A stretch of 64,000 nt of DNA. Source: Cycas panzhihuaensis (taxonomy: Eukaryota; Plantae; Cycadophyta). The notes beneath the pieces were generated by a model. It did not search any database. It was not told the DNA's origin and saw only the letters and a list, made by a program, of their open reading frames with translations. The position numbers and the translations under genes were made by a program. The first letter of the stretch is position 1. Each line of letters begins with the position of its first letter. Shown one piece after another: positions 14,541 to 27,400 of the stretch. The DNA is taken from positions 194,501,741-194,565,740 of the forward strand of contig CM041465.1 of NCBI GenBank assembly GCA_023213395.1, written 5' to 3'.

Positions 14541-15079
14541 TGATGTAGAGGCATCTAAACCTTCATCATAACTTAATTCACTTTTCACTTTGTCTTTTTT
14601 TACTAAATTTTGGGGTCTGCTAATCAACGCATAACTTTTTACTCAATGGTCAAAATCCAATTATTCTTGCACTAACTTGAAGGTCTATCCGAGTAGAATA
14701 GGCCAAAACAGCCTACAATTGGGCCGAAGGCCCAATGTAGGTTTGCAATTTTTTAGCCAAAAAATGCATTGAACATGCCTAAAAATTGAAATTTCATTTG
14801 TATGTCTAAAAATAGCAGTTAATTTTAGACTAATTTTCACTTTTATGTAATGACCCTCAGTGGTCTAGTTTTTTAGTAGGGATTAACTTAAAACTGCGGT
14901 TTTATTTAATATTTTAGGTAACTAGGAGTTTTTAGGGTTAGGGTTGGAAGCTTTTGGACTTCCCACTTTCACTTGTATAAATGTAATTTTAGACTATCTC
15001 TCCCTATTCTCTAGTTTTTTCCTTGTTTTACGTTTGTGCATGTGAGATTGAATGTTTTCCTTACAGTTCGCCCTTATCA
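14541..15079 (+). mobile_element. Probable solo LTR inserted at the start of the 3' LTR of element A
   Basis: TGAT...ATCA termini, TATAAAT at ~14976; flanks acaat/aaagt match only 3/5. Confidence 0.4.
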
Positions 15080-17285
15080 AAAGTTAACTCACCATCCAAA
15101 TAAAAATGAAGTATATATGTTACATTTAATGTTACAGTGATGAGCATGGTTACCACTCGCCCATATAACATTAAATGTAACATATATATTTTATTTATAT
15201 CTACACAGTGAGCTCATCTAAGGTCCAACAGTAACTTCGATTTAGGAATAGTTAAGTTGATGCATGTCAATTACTAAGGCATTGACCTTCAACTTCTATA
15301 ATTGGCTAGATACTTTTTCAATTTCTTGTAATAGCCCCTTAATCTCATGATGCACTTGGCATCTTAAAAAGAGAGAGGGCTCTCCCATTGTACACTTAAT
15401 ATTCTACAGATTTGAATAAAATAACATTATTTTTCTTCAAATCTTCTCTTTCAAGTTCCATTAAATTCTTTATGTGCTCATCTATGTTGCAACAAGTCTT
15501 AAACTTTATCAAACTCCTTGTAGCTTTTGTGTAGTCTTATTAACATTCAAGACAAACTCGACCCCCAAAGAATGTCAACACCTTTATTCTAATGTGTAGA
15601 TTAGATTTCTTATGCATCGAAACGTCACTCATTGATCACTAGAATGTGACCCACTAACAGAATGCCACCAAAGCAGCATCATCTAAGAAACATGCTACTT
15701 AGAAAGTTAACACAACGACATCAATAAGGAATGTTTCTCAAAACACCTTTGCAGAATGGCATGTGTAGAGGGAAAAGACACCAAAAACAACACACATGGT
15801 AACACATCTCAAGTACTAAATTCTCTATTCTTCTCCATACTTTTTAAAGCAATTTCCTCTTAGACCTCTTTTAATTGTTTCAGAACTCTGTTTTCCCCTA
15901 CCACAACATATCAAAGGTCAAAGGAAATAAAAGATAACAAAAAAGGAATAAGTGGCTTCACATGAGAAACAATGAATAGCTTCACAAATTCCAAAAAGGA
16001 AAAAATAAAGAAAGAATGAAACCCCTAAAGATGAATTAAAGAGATTTGGATGATTGAAGGAAAAATGGTAGAAACTGATAATCCATGCTTAATTATATTT
16101 TTAAGTTGACTAAGAGGATCCATTGATGGTAGAATAAACATGCTCCCAATGTTTAGAAGAAAAACTCGTGCATTAATGATTTCTCTAATAAGCATTTTTT
16201 AACACACAAGAAATGTTATTTTCATAATTAACCCCTTTTCATACTTGATCGTTCCTTTGTAATAGCCATTCATAACATGGATTGGAGATAACAATTAGTG
16301 TGCATTAAGCGCAACTTGATGCATCCTCATATTGTGTATTGTCCACCTTAATGTGGACCAATAATCTAGTAGTAGTAATCAAGGTTATGTGTAGACTATT
16401 TAAAAGCCAGATTACTCCCACTACAAGTAGATTACCCACCCAACAGTTATTTCCTAAAGTTATTTGTTCTTATAAATGTTAGCAAGTGTGCACCCCCTAG
16501 TATCAAGTAATGGTACACAAGTAGTTGTGGGTGTTTGATCAAGTCAACCCATCACTATCAACTATGATTTAGGCCCCCAATCCACCTATGTGTGGTTCCA
16601 AGTCTAATAGAAACCAATCTATAATGCATGTGGGTTTGAGCTCGACCAAAATAAGCTATAAACCAATCAAGGACACACTCAATCACATAGGGTTTGAATA
16701 TGAAATATTCATTCTATTATATTATAGCATGCCATAACCCCCCTAGACACTTGCCGCACCTAACCACCCCCACCCCACCCCCCAACCAAAAAAAGGAAAG
16801 AAAATGGATGCAGTGTATCTTAAACAAGACCAACTATAAAATTAATTGGATTTGTCATGTATCTTTTGGCAACTAGAACCTTATCCTACCAAATCTGCTT
16901 GCTTTATTACTCTTGTATGAAACACTTGCAGATTACACTCGTTTAGTGGTATTTCTTTAGATCCCTTATCACTATTGCTTAATTGGGATAACTATTATCA
17001 TATTGGAACACATTGTTTCTTGATGCATTTAGTTGACATATGATTGCCATACAAAAAATCTAAATTATAATTCACTATTATCTATTCGAAATGGTTTATG
17101 GTGTCCACAAGCAAAATTCCATATGGAATCAATAACTCTCATCCAAACAATTCTTCTTATTCTCTTCAAATTATTCTTTTTATTCAATTAAGATTCTACT
17201 TTATGCAAAATATGTATTTTTCTAGTTTTGGATCAAAACAAAAACAATAAGGAAACCATTTTGTATTCAAAAGTAGTTTTGTTTC

Positions 17286-20200
17286 TCATGACAATGGGCA
17301 TTAGGCCACATTGATCCCAAGATCATAAATATAATCACAATACAAAAAAAGCATGGAAGGATGGGGGCATAAAAGGATAAACCGAAAAATAAGAGCAAGG
17401 GGAAAAGATACCCAATATGTGGAGTTGGAATTGGTCCAACCTCCCAAGTAGAAAACTTGATTAGCAAACCGATAGCATAACAATACAACTCCGACTCTCC
17501 ATATGAGACAATGAGAAGAGGTCTCATTATATAGAGTGAAATGAGAGACCTAAGGCCTTGGATGTTTGACAAGTGTCAAACATCCAAGATACATCACATG
17601 GATCATGAGCAAAAGTGCTTGGATCCTCACCTAAGGCCTTGGATGTTTGACAAGTGTCAAACATCCAAGATACATCACTTGGAATATTCAAACAAGTGCA
17701 TGAGGGTCCATTGACCCTTTGTGACAACGTTGTGTCACTAGAAAGAATGTGGTGTGCACTTTATCACTTAAGTGATAAGTCACCCCTAAAGTATAAAGTG
17801 CATATATTACATGAAAATAAATGTACATTCACTTAACATTTAAACATAAGGTTTAACACCCCTCATCGCTTACAATGTTAAGCTCGGACACCAAGACCAT
17901 CTCTAAATTTTACAAATTTGTCTCTACCAAGTGGCTTGGTAAAGATATCCGCCGTCTGTTGTTTCATTGGTCGATATTGAAGTGTGATCTCACCACCGTG
18001 TACATGCTCCCCGATGAAATGGTGGTGAACTTCAATATGCTTGGTCCGTGCATGGAAAGCAGATTCTTAGTTAGCTTGAGGACACTTTGATTGTCACAAT
18101 GAAGGTCGGTCACCGCCGAAACCCAAGCTCACCAAGAATCCGTCGGCCGATAGCCTCACAAGTCATACCGATCGCAATTTTGTATTCTGCCTCATGGAGG
18201 ACAAGGTAACATTTGGTTGCTTCTTGCAACTCCATGAAACACCACGATCCAAGGGTAAAACAAAGAACCCGAGGTAGATCTCCCGCTATCCCGGCATCCC
18301 GCCTAATCGTAATCGAGAACCCTCCAAAGTGAAGTTCTCCTTATGTACATACTCAAGTCCAAGCCGCAATGTTCCTTTGATATACTTGAGTATGCGTCTT
18401 GCCGCATTCCAAAGTGTATCCGATTGGGTTGAGACATGTAACGTGAGCAAATCCCAACAAAGAATGAAATATCCTACGAGTGTTGGTGAGATAAATGAGA
18501 CTCCCAATCAACTCACGGTAAAGTGTGGATCTCAGTGCAGCCTTCCTCATTGAGAGAAAGCTTGGTGCCGCTCTCCATGGGTGTAGGCGCCGCCTTGCGC
18601 CCCGCATCCCGAATCTCGCAAGATGTCCCAAGAATATTTTGCTTGGGAAATGAAGATATAGCCCGGCCGCCGCCATACCTCAAAGCCTAGAAAGTAATGG
18701 AGAAGTCCAAGATCACCATCTCAAAACTTCTCTTCAAATCATTTTGGAGAACATTGATGAGCTTAGTGTCATCACCGTGATCACTAAGTCATCTACATAC
18801 AAGGCAATATAAGTGACATGGTGTTGGTCATGCCTGCTGTACAAGTTTGGTTCAGATGTGGCTCGATGTGACTCATGTCCCAAAGAGTATTCATCGGTTT
18901 TTGCACACCATGCCCTAGAAGCCTCCCTCAAGCCATACACAGCCTTCGTGAGGCGACATACCAAATGCTCCTTGCCTTGTTCCTTGTAACTGGAGGTCGC
19001 TCCAAGTAGACCTCCACCTGAAGAGCGCCATTGGGGAAGGCACCCTTCACGTCCATCTGATATACGGCCCATTTGCATTGTGCAATTTAGGGCCAAGAGA
19101 AGTCCGATGGTGTTCATATTTGCTACTGTGCAAAGGTCTCCTCGTAATCAATTCCTTCTTGTTGTTTAAATCCCTTTGCTACAAGTCTTGCTTTCTCGAC
19201 GCTTGAGTGTCCCATCGAATGGACTTTGGTCTTGTAGACCCATTTACAACCGATTGCCTGCTTGTGTGGAGGCAATTCGACCAAGTCCCAAGTACCATTC
19301 TTATGAATGGATTGAATCTCTTCATCCATGGCGCTTTCCAATTATCACTTTGTGAAGCCTCCGCAAAGGTAGTAGGCTCATCAATAGAAAGCACTTCACC
19401 ATAAGTGCAAAGTTTGTTTGTCACGATACTTTGATGGACGCTTCCTTCAATGATATGACCATCCTGCACTGCTTGAGTGTACCATTTAGGTAACTTCGAA
19501 ATGATGTGGCTTGAACCTCAATATCTTCTGGTCTAAGTGTAGGAGTATCAAGATGAAGTGGAAGGTTCAAGTGGAGCAAATGAGGATGAAGTAGTTGGTA
19601 CGTAAGGTGCAGATGATGAACATGGTGTAGAGGATTGAGAGGGAAGGAAAGTCCTCAACAATCTTTTTCCCTTTGTCAATGGGGGGTTGGATTGATGCCA
19701 TATCCAACTCTTTTGATCATACTCAACAAAGATTACATCTCTTGAGAGATGTATTTTCCTCCCAAGGATCATACAATTTGTAGGCTTTGCTATGGATTGA
19801 ATATCCTACAAAGATGCATTTAAGACTATGTTTGTCCAACTTAGTTCTTTGTTGATCCGGTATGTGCATATATGCAAGACACGAATGTCCTTAAGTGGTG
19901 ATAGTTGGCTTCTTTCCGGACCATGCCTCCTCGTGTGATATTGGCGATCGCGCAGAGGACTTCGATTGGCCACATAATTGCTTTGAAATGCTTCGCCCAA
20001 GAAGCTCTTGGAAGCCCTTTTGCATGCATCATTGTTCGCTTTATTAGCCAATGTTCTATTCATCCTTTCGAGACTCCATTTCCGAGGAGTATGAGGAGTC
20101 GTGAGTTGTCTCCGAATTCCATTATCCTTGCAAAATTGGTTGAATTCATTTGAAGTGAATTCACCTCCATTATCTCGACCTTAATGTGCCAATTAAGTAG

Positions 20201-23200
20201 CCGATTCATTTTCTATACGCCTTGAACTCTTTGAACTTGGAGAAGGCTTCTGATTTATGCTTTAGGAAGTAGACCCAGACTTTGTGAGAGAAGTCATCAA
20301 TAAAGGATATGTAGTACAATGCTCCTCCAAAGGAGTGGGTGGACATGGGTCCACACAAGTCCGAGTGAACTAATTGCAAAGGATAAGATGCACGCCATGC
20401 TTTGCCTTTAGGAAAAGGCACGCGATGTTGTCACCCTATTCTGCAAGCTTCGCAAAGACATTTTGAGCCATACATCTTTGGAAGCCCATACACCATGCTT
20501 TTGTATGTCATCTCGCTTTATTGTCTAGGCTTAAATGTCCTAGACGTTGATGCCATAATCGAATTTGTGACAAAGATGTGAAACCAGTAAGCGTAATCAA
20601 GAGTAATATTATTGGCATCCAACTTGTAAAGACCTTGATCCTCATAGGCTACCATACAATCGATCATCTTTGTCACGAATGATACATTTCCCATTTTGAA
20701 TAGTACGCTCATGTGTTGCTTGTTCATCCGCTAACAGAGAGCGATTCTTCTCCATAGAAGAAATGAAGTAGGCATCATTGTTGGGAAATGATAAGGAAGG
20801 ATTTTAGAGAGTGAAAAGGAGCTATGGTGCCTATTCCTCAAACCTCGCTTGATTCACCATTTCCAAAGGTTACTAAATGACCTTTGCCTTCCTTGATGTT
20901 GCTTAGGAGTTCTTCACCCTCGTCATGTGTCGAGTAGCTCTCGAATCGATAATCCAAGTGTTGTCAACCTTGGATGATTGGAATGCACAAAATAGTTTGT
21001 CGTCATTGGCAACCGATTATAATGGCGTTGGTAGCCATTTCTTTGACCCCCTCCTTGTGGACCTCCTCGATAGGCACCTCGATTTGGTCGAGGGGAAACC
21101 TTGATCCGATGCTTGGAATCTCTGTTGAAACTGCTATGGCCGCTTTTGGCCCCGTGGTCGATGCCGTCTTTTGGCCTTGTGGTCGGCCGTCATTGCGAAG
21201 ATTTGCTTGCTTCTTTCTCGCACTCAAGTGCAATGTGGCCGTGAATGCCACAATATTGGCAAACGACATTGGTCTTGGAAGATCCAATGTTCATATTTCT
21301 AAACCGCTTTGTGAATGCAAAGGTTAGATTTTGAATTTTCTTTGCCTTTCCGTGAAAGCACCGATGTAGATGGTTCTTCATTATCCTTATCATAAATTTG
21401 TTCTTCTTGAAGCAATAAGCTTTCAAGTTGATTGGTATCATCCCCTAAGTGAACCATCTCGTAGTTGATGATATGAAGCCATTGTAGTCCTTTGGTAGTG
21501 CTTTTGTGATGGAGGCTACAATTTCATCTCTTGTAATGGACTACCCAAAGTAGTTAATTCATTACAAACCTCCTTAATAGAGGACATGAATGCCGTCATT
21601 GGCTTTACAAATTTAATGGAGTACAATTTAGCTTTTATCATCAAAATGCGAGCTTCATCTCGCCTTTCATACAAAGAGGACAAGGTGTCCCATGCTTCTT
21701 TAGAAGATAGTGCGTAAGAAATATTTTGATCTACATGTATGTCCACAACCATTCGAATGAATGCCAAAGCAATTTCGCCTTTGGCCTCCCATGCAAAGAA
21801 CAAGTTGAACATCCACAGTGCCGATTATTATTAATCACAAGTGTAGGATTGGGGATTCTTCCAAACATATCCCTTAACTCATTCATTATCAAGAGATTTT
21901 TGTGATTCTTTTCCATTCTTGATAGTTAGCTTGTCCTATTAGCCTTATGGTACAAGCATTAAGCATTTGTATGGCACCCATCTTTCCACTTGAGTAATAC
22001 TTGAACCTAGCAGATAACTTGGAAGTCTCAAGAGCTTTGTCGCTAAGATCCACCTTCAAACAACACCACTAGTCCCGATCTTACAAGAAGATCCAACAAC
22101 CAATGGGGTGAAGAGAAGTGGAGGACTACGCTAATGAGGTGGAGAACCAAGTTAAATCTAGGACAAGGTGAGGGGTTGATCCGCATGGACGTACCATGCT
22201 TTCCACGGGATTCACGGCCCCAATAACACCCTTTTCGAACCTCCTTTCCTTCAAGCAACCTTAATTGTCGCACCGACTGCAGTCGGTTGGTCCCCTAGGG
22301 AATGCACCAAGCTTAAGGTTAATTCAGAGGCAAGGTTTGAACCTTTTTCGAGCCTCCCCAACAGATTTTAAGTTCACTTTTAAATAAGTGTGAGTGAATC
22401 TTCTTACTTGGATTTTCTTTATGCCTTTTTGGCTTACAATGAAAGAGCACAAAATGTAAGTGCTTTAGATCCAAGTATGTATGCTTGAGTACAATGATGA
22501 AGTACTTTTGAGTACTAAAAAAATGTAAGGAACCTTTGATGATGAATAAAGGGTTCCTTTTAAGCTCCACAAACCGATGAAGTGATGAAAATGTACTCAA
22601 GAAATTGCTCCAAAGTCCAACACAAGCTCCACAGCAGCTTGTTGAGACTTAAAATGTCTCAACCATCCAACAAAAACAAGTGATTTTATTACTTTTCACA
22701 ATGAGCCGCCTTTTTTGAGCTGAAGAAGGGCAAGGTCACCATGCAAGGTGCCAAAAAAGCTGAGTTTAGGTGATAAATTTCTTCACCTTTACAATGAAAA
22801 CATTCCTCTTGATCACAATAAATAAGCCTAATGACTGAAAGTGAGAAAAGAGGCTTAAAGCAGTGAGTACACAAGTACTTTTTGAGAATCAAGAGAGTTA
22901 ATGTAGAAAAAACTTTAAGTAAGCCCAGCTATAAGTTGAGAAATTAAAAAAACTCTTAAAGTCCTTTTAAAAATTTTGCCCCCTTAAGAAATTTAAACAA
23001 GAATCTCTTAAAATCTTTTAAAAGAAATTAATTCTAATGAGCATATTGATCAAAATATGCTAAAAAAAAGATTCTATTTTCCACTGCTGAGTTGGCAGGA
23101 CTGCTGAGCTGGCAGGAGCTGACTTGGCACTTGAAGATGTGCTGATTTGGCACTTGAATACAGCTGGAATACTGCTGATTTGGACAGCCAACTGTGCTGA

Positions 23201-24462
23201 TTTGGACAGCCAACTGTGATGAGTTGGACAGCCAACTGAGTGCTGATGTGGCAGCCTTTTAAGTGCTGATTTGGCAGCCTTTTGAGTGCTGATTTGGCAC
23301 TTTCAATGAGCTGAGTTGGCACAGTCAAGTGCTGAGTTGGACAGCCAACTGAGTGCTGATGTGGCAGCCTTTTAAGTGCTGATTTGGCAGCCTTTTGAGT
23401 GCTGATTTGCCACTTTCAATGAGCTGAGTTGGCACAGTCAAGTGCTGAGTTGGACAGCCAACTGAGTGCTGATGTGGCAGCCTTTTAAGTGCTGATTTGG
23501 CAGCCTTTTAAGTGCTGATTTGGCACTTTCAATGAGCTGAGTTGGCACAGTCAAGTGCTGAGTTGAAAAGATGACAGCTGGACAGTTGATGCCTAGCTGG
23601 GCTGGAATGTGCTTCAAATGCTGACTGTGCAGTCTTGAGGGTGAGCTGGCAGAGCCTGCTGAGCTGGCTGGACAGCAGGATGACAGCTGGCAGTGCCTTG
23701 CTGGCAGTGTGTTGATGAGCTGGCCTCAAGCTGGAATCTGTGTTGACAGCTGGACAGCCTTCCTTCTGCTGAGTTGGCAGTCCAAATGTCTGAGCCTGAT
23801 GACTTGGCAGTGTCCAGCCAATGTGACAGAGATAACAAAGAAACTAATATGCTTAAACAGAGACCATTAGCTCTGATACCAAATGTTGACAATGGGCATT
23901 AGGCCACATTGATCCCAAGATCATAAATATAATCACAATACAATAAATGCATGAAAGCATGAGAGCATAAAAGCATAAACTGAAATATAGGAGCAAGAGA
24001 AAATGATACCCAATATGTGGAGTTGGAATTGGTCCAACCTCCCAAGTAGAAAACAGCTTGATTAGCAAACTGATAGCATAACAATACAACTCCAGCTCTC
24101 CATATGAGACAATGAGAAGAGGTCTCATTATATAGAGTGAAATGAGAGACCTAAGGCCTTGGATGTTTGACAAGTGTCAAACATCCAAGATACATCACAT
24201 GGATCATGAGCAAAAGTGCTTGGATCCTCATCTTAGGCCTTGGATGTTTGACAAGTGTCAAACATCCAAGATACATCACTTGGAATATTCAAACAAGTGC
24301 ATGAGGGTCCAGTGACCCTTTAGTGACAACGTTGTGTCACTAGAAAGAATGTGGGTGTGCACTTTATCACTTAAGTGATAAGTCACCCCTAAAGTATAAA
24401 GTGCATATATTACATGAAAAATAAATGTACATTCACTTAACATTTAAACATAAGGTTTAATA
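17286..24462 (-). mobile_element. Element E: full-length Ty1/Copia retrotransposon
   Basis: LTRs 17286-17858 and 23884-24462, TSD GTTTC, PBS 23870-23881. Gag with CCHC (CQYCGIHGHIALEC), PR WIIDS ~20955, [31 protein letters not shown] and LYVDDL, RNase H to ~17880, in Copia order. Confidence 0.95.
23085..23820. repeat. CAG/CTG-rich tandem array in the 5' leader of element E
   Basis: Three near-identical 113-bp units start at 23221, 23334 and 23447, built from ~20-23-bp subunits (gctga.ttggca/gacagcc), with degenerate copies on both sides. Confidence 0.9.
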
Positions 24463-24467
24463 GTTTC

Positions 24468-27400
24468 ATTCACCAGTGGTGTCTCTTTGGCTTGTATTAA
24501 ACATTTATGAGATAAAGGATGGGTTAGTGATAAAGGTCTTCAATGATCTTCCCTCATAACTACCTCCAAATAGAGGATTGGAACACCAAATTGAACTTGA
24601 AGCTAGAACCAATCCTATTGTCAGAAGAGCAAATAGGCAACCACAGTATTACAAGAACGAGACCATACAGACTATAGAGCTCTTAAAATTGGGAGTCATA
24701 GCATCTAGCAAACGCCCTTTTGCAATTTCTGTAGTGTTAGTTACAAAGAATGATAGGTCATTCCATACATGCAAAAATTATTGCACATTGAATAAAGTCA
24801 CAATCAAAACTAAGTTTTTGATACCAAGGATTAATGAGCTTTTATATGAATTACAAAGAGTAGAATACTTTACAAAAATTGACTTATGCTCTAGGTATCA
24901 TCATATCAAAATCAAGCTCGAACACACTTACAAGAATGCCTTTAGCACATACCATGGTCACTACGAGTTCACTGTAATGCCTTTTTGTGTCACAAATGCA
25001 CCTGCTACATTTCAAGTTTCTATGAACAAGGTACTAGGCCCATTCCTACGAAAATTCATCTTAGTCTTCTTTGATGATATATTAATATACAATAAAGATG
25101 GACGAATCACCTAAATTAGGTAGATCAATTCTTGAGCATTATAAAAGAACGAAGGCATTTTGCAAAATAGTCAACATGTTCATTTGGAAGGAAAGAAACA
25201 AAATATCTGGTGCACAACATCTCTAGAGAAGGTGCGAACACGGTTGTGGGTAAAATCAAAGCCATCCTAGAATGGCCCCCACCCAAGAATATCTCCAAAC
25301 TTGGAGGGTTTCTTAGGTTGGCTAGATACTCTTGGAACTTTGTCAGGAACTATGCCTAGAGGACATATGCTCTAACAAAATTACTAAAGAAAGGCTCCTT
25401 CTGTTGGGATATAGAGGTTGAGACTTGCTTAGAGGAACTCAAACAAGCTATGTCTAGCCTACTAGTGTTTGCATTGCAGGATTTCTCCAAACATTCACCA
25501 TTGAATGCAATGCCTTAGGAAGCAGGACTGGACCAATCTTAATGCAGGAAACGAGACCAATCGCATTTGAAACCAAGAAACTAACCAATAGGGAGCTACT
25601 CAAATCCACCCATGATAATTAAATGCTAACAATTGTGCATGTCATAATGATATTGTTCGAGAACATGAAATCATACACAAATGTTCTCAACCGCAGGATC
25701 TTTAACCATACACAGCAAGCAACAAATTGAAAATACAAAAAACAGATGTACAGAAAACAGGATATACGTGGGAAACCCTTTCGGGAAAAAACCCACCACA
25801 AAAGAATCCTCAAGGGATCATTGATTATTACACAATGAGCTTGGATAATAGAATACACAAGGCCTCAAGGCATATATACTCTCCAAGAGGTGTCACCCGT
25901 TTAGGGTTGTGACCCTCCGAATAAACCGCACCTTTTCATTCACACCTTTTCACATAATTAAACCACATTAACATTAATTAAGTGGCTTAATAATTAACTG
26001 CCACGCTAACATCCCCCCTTAATGTGAATGTGGGGAACCTGCAACGTGTAGCAGTTGAGTTATCACGAATGTTGGGACTATCCTGCAGCTTCTTTATCCT
26101 TGTTGATACATCCCCCCTCAAGGATAACATCGGTGAGTCCTAATCTGGTACGCATCTTCGTGAATTGGTCTTTAGTGAGTGGCTTGGTAAACACATCCGC
26201 AAGTTGTAATTCACTCGGACAATAGTCGACCTGCAGTTTCCCTGACTTGATCAGCTCACGAATGTAATGGTGCTGAATCTCGATATGCTTTGTACGCGCA
26301 TGAAACTCTGGATTCTTCGATGCATTTAATGGTACTCTGATTATCAACAAAGAGAATCGGATGTCCATTGGAAACGCCAAGAAATTCTAAGAGACCTCGC
26401 AACCATACTGCTTCTTTCGCACCAGCACTAAATCCTTGATATTCTGCTTCTGTAGAAAATAGCGCCACTGTCTGCTGCTTCTTCCACTGCCACGAAACAA
26501 ATCCATTGCCAATACTAAACAGGTATCCAAAGGTGGACTCCGATCGTTGGAATCTCCTCCCCAATCAAGATCTCGTAGCCATGAAACCTGATCTTCTCAC
26601 CTCTGCAGTATTCAAGACCAAGATTAATTGTCCCCTTTAGATATTTCAGAATCCGCTTTGCTGCCACCAAATGAGACTCCTGAGGATTCGACATGTAGCG
26701 GGAAACCAATCCAACAACGTATGCGATATCTGGCCTGGTATGAGTCAAATAACTAAGACTCCCTACCAACTGGCGATATTTCGTGCCATCTATAGAAGGT
26801 TGGGCCATATCCTTCTGCAATCTTGCGCCTTTGACACATGGTGTTGCAACAGGTTTGCAGTGCTGCATCCCAAATCTCTCCAGTAAGTTCTTGACATACT
26901 GCGATTGCAACAACACGATCCTATCTTCCATCTACCTGATCTGAATGCCCAAGAAATAGTGAAGTTCCCTGAGATCCGTCATGTCGAATGAAGCTCCCAA
27001 ATTGGATTTGACTTCGGCTATAGCCTTGCCACGATTACCGTCGATGATTAGATCATCCACATACACCATGCAAGCAACTACAGAAGTCCCTCTTCTTTTC
27101 ACATACAGGTTCGGGTCAAGTTCTAAAATTTCAAAACTTTCAGCTTTCAACTTGGCATCCATCTTCTCATACCAAGCACAATGTGCTTGTTTCAGGCCAT
27201 AGATTGATTTCTTCAGATAGCAAACAAGATGATCTCGGCCATCCTTAATGAATCCCAAAGGTTGCGACATGTATATCTCCTCCTTTAGATCCCCATTAAG
27301 GAATGTGGACTCAACGTCCATCTGGTGTAACTCCCAATCTAATGCAGCTGCTAAGGAAATGAGTAAGCGGACCGTTGTCATTCTAGAGACTGGTGCAAAC

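Larger units (their letters stand above)
4224..15913 (+). mobile_element. Element A: old decayed Ty3/Gypsy (chromovirus-like) LTR retrotransposon hosting B, C and a solo LTR
   Basis: Diverged direct repeats ~4224-4813 and ~15176-15913, both ending caacatatCA. Degenerate PBS (attagtagcatagc) follows 4813. RT remnants KIQPS..LVPKKD..IDY (6730-7835, split by B) and KTTFKTYFGLYKWLAMPFILTNAPTTF (12080-12160). INT remnant PWESISMDF (~13410). Chromodomain-like tail ~14330-14500. Confidence 0.75.

Noticed and set aside
14931-14945. Telomere-like tttagggttagggtt
   Set aside because: Only about two units, inside an LTR-like sequence; not an interstitial telomeric array.
17267-17572. Duplicated hydrophobic ORF MSNIQGLRSL... 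(also 23853-24173)
   Set aside because: It lies within the two LTRs of element E, so LTR identity explains the duplication; no coding evidence.
23085-23820. CRISPR-like array
   Set aside because: No unique spacers; units repeat hierarchically inside a plant retrotransposon leader, and there are no cas genes.
25727-25912. Repeated ORF MKIQKTD... (also 31618-31803)
   Set aside because: Chance ORF within the F LTRs.
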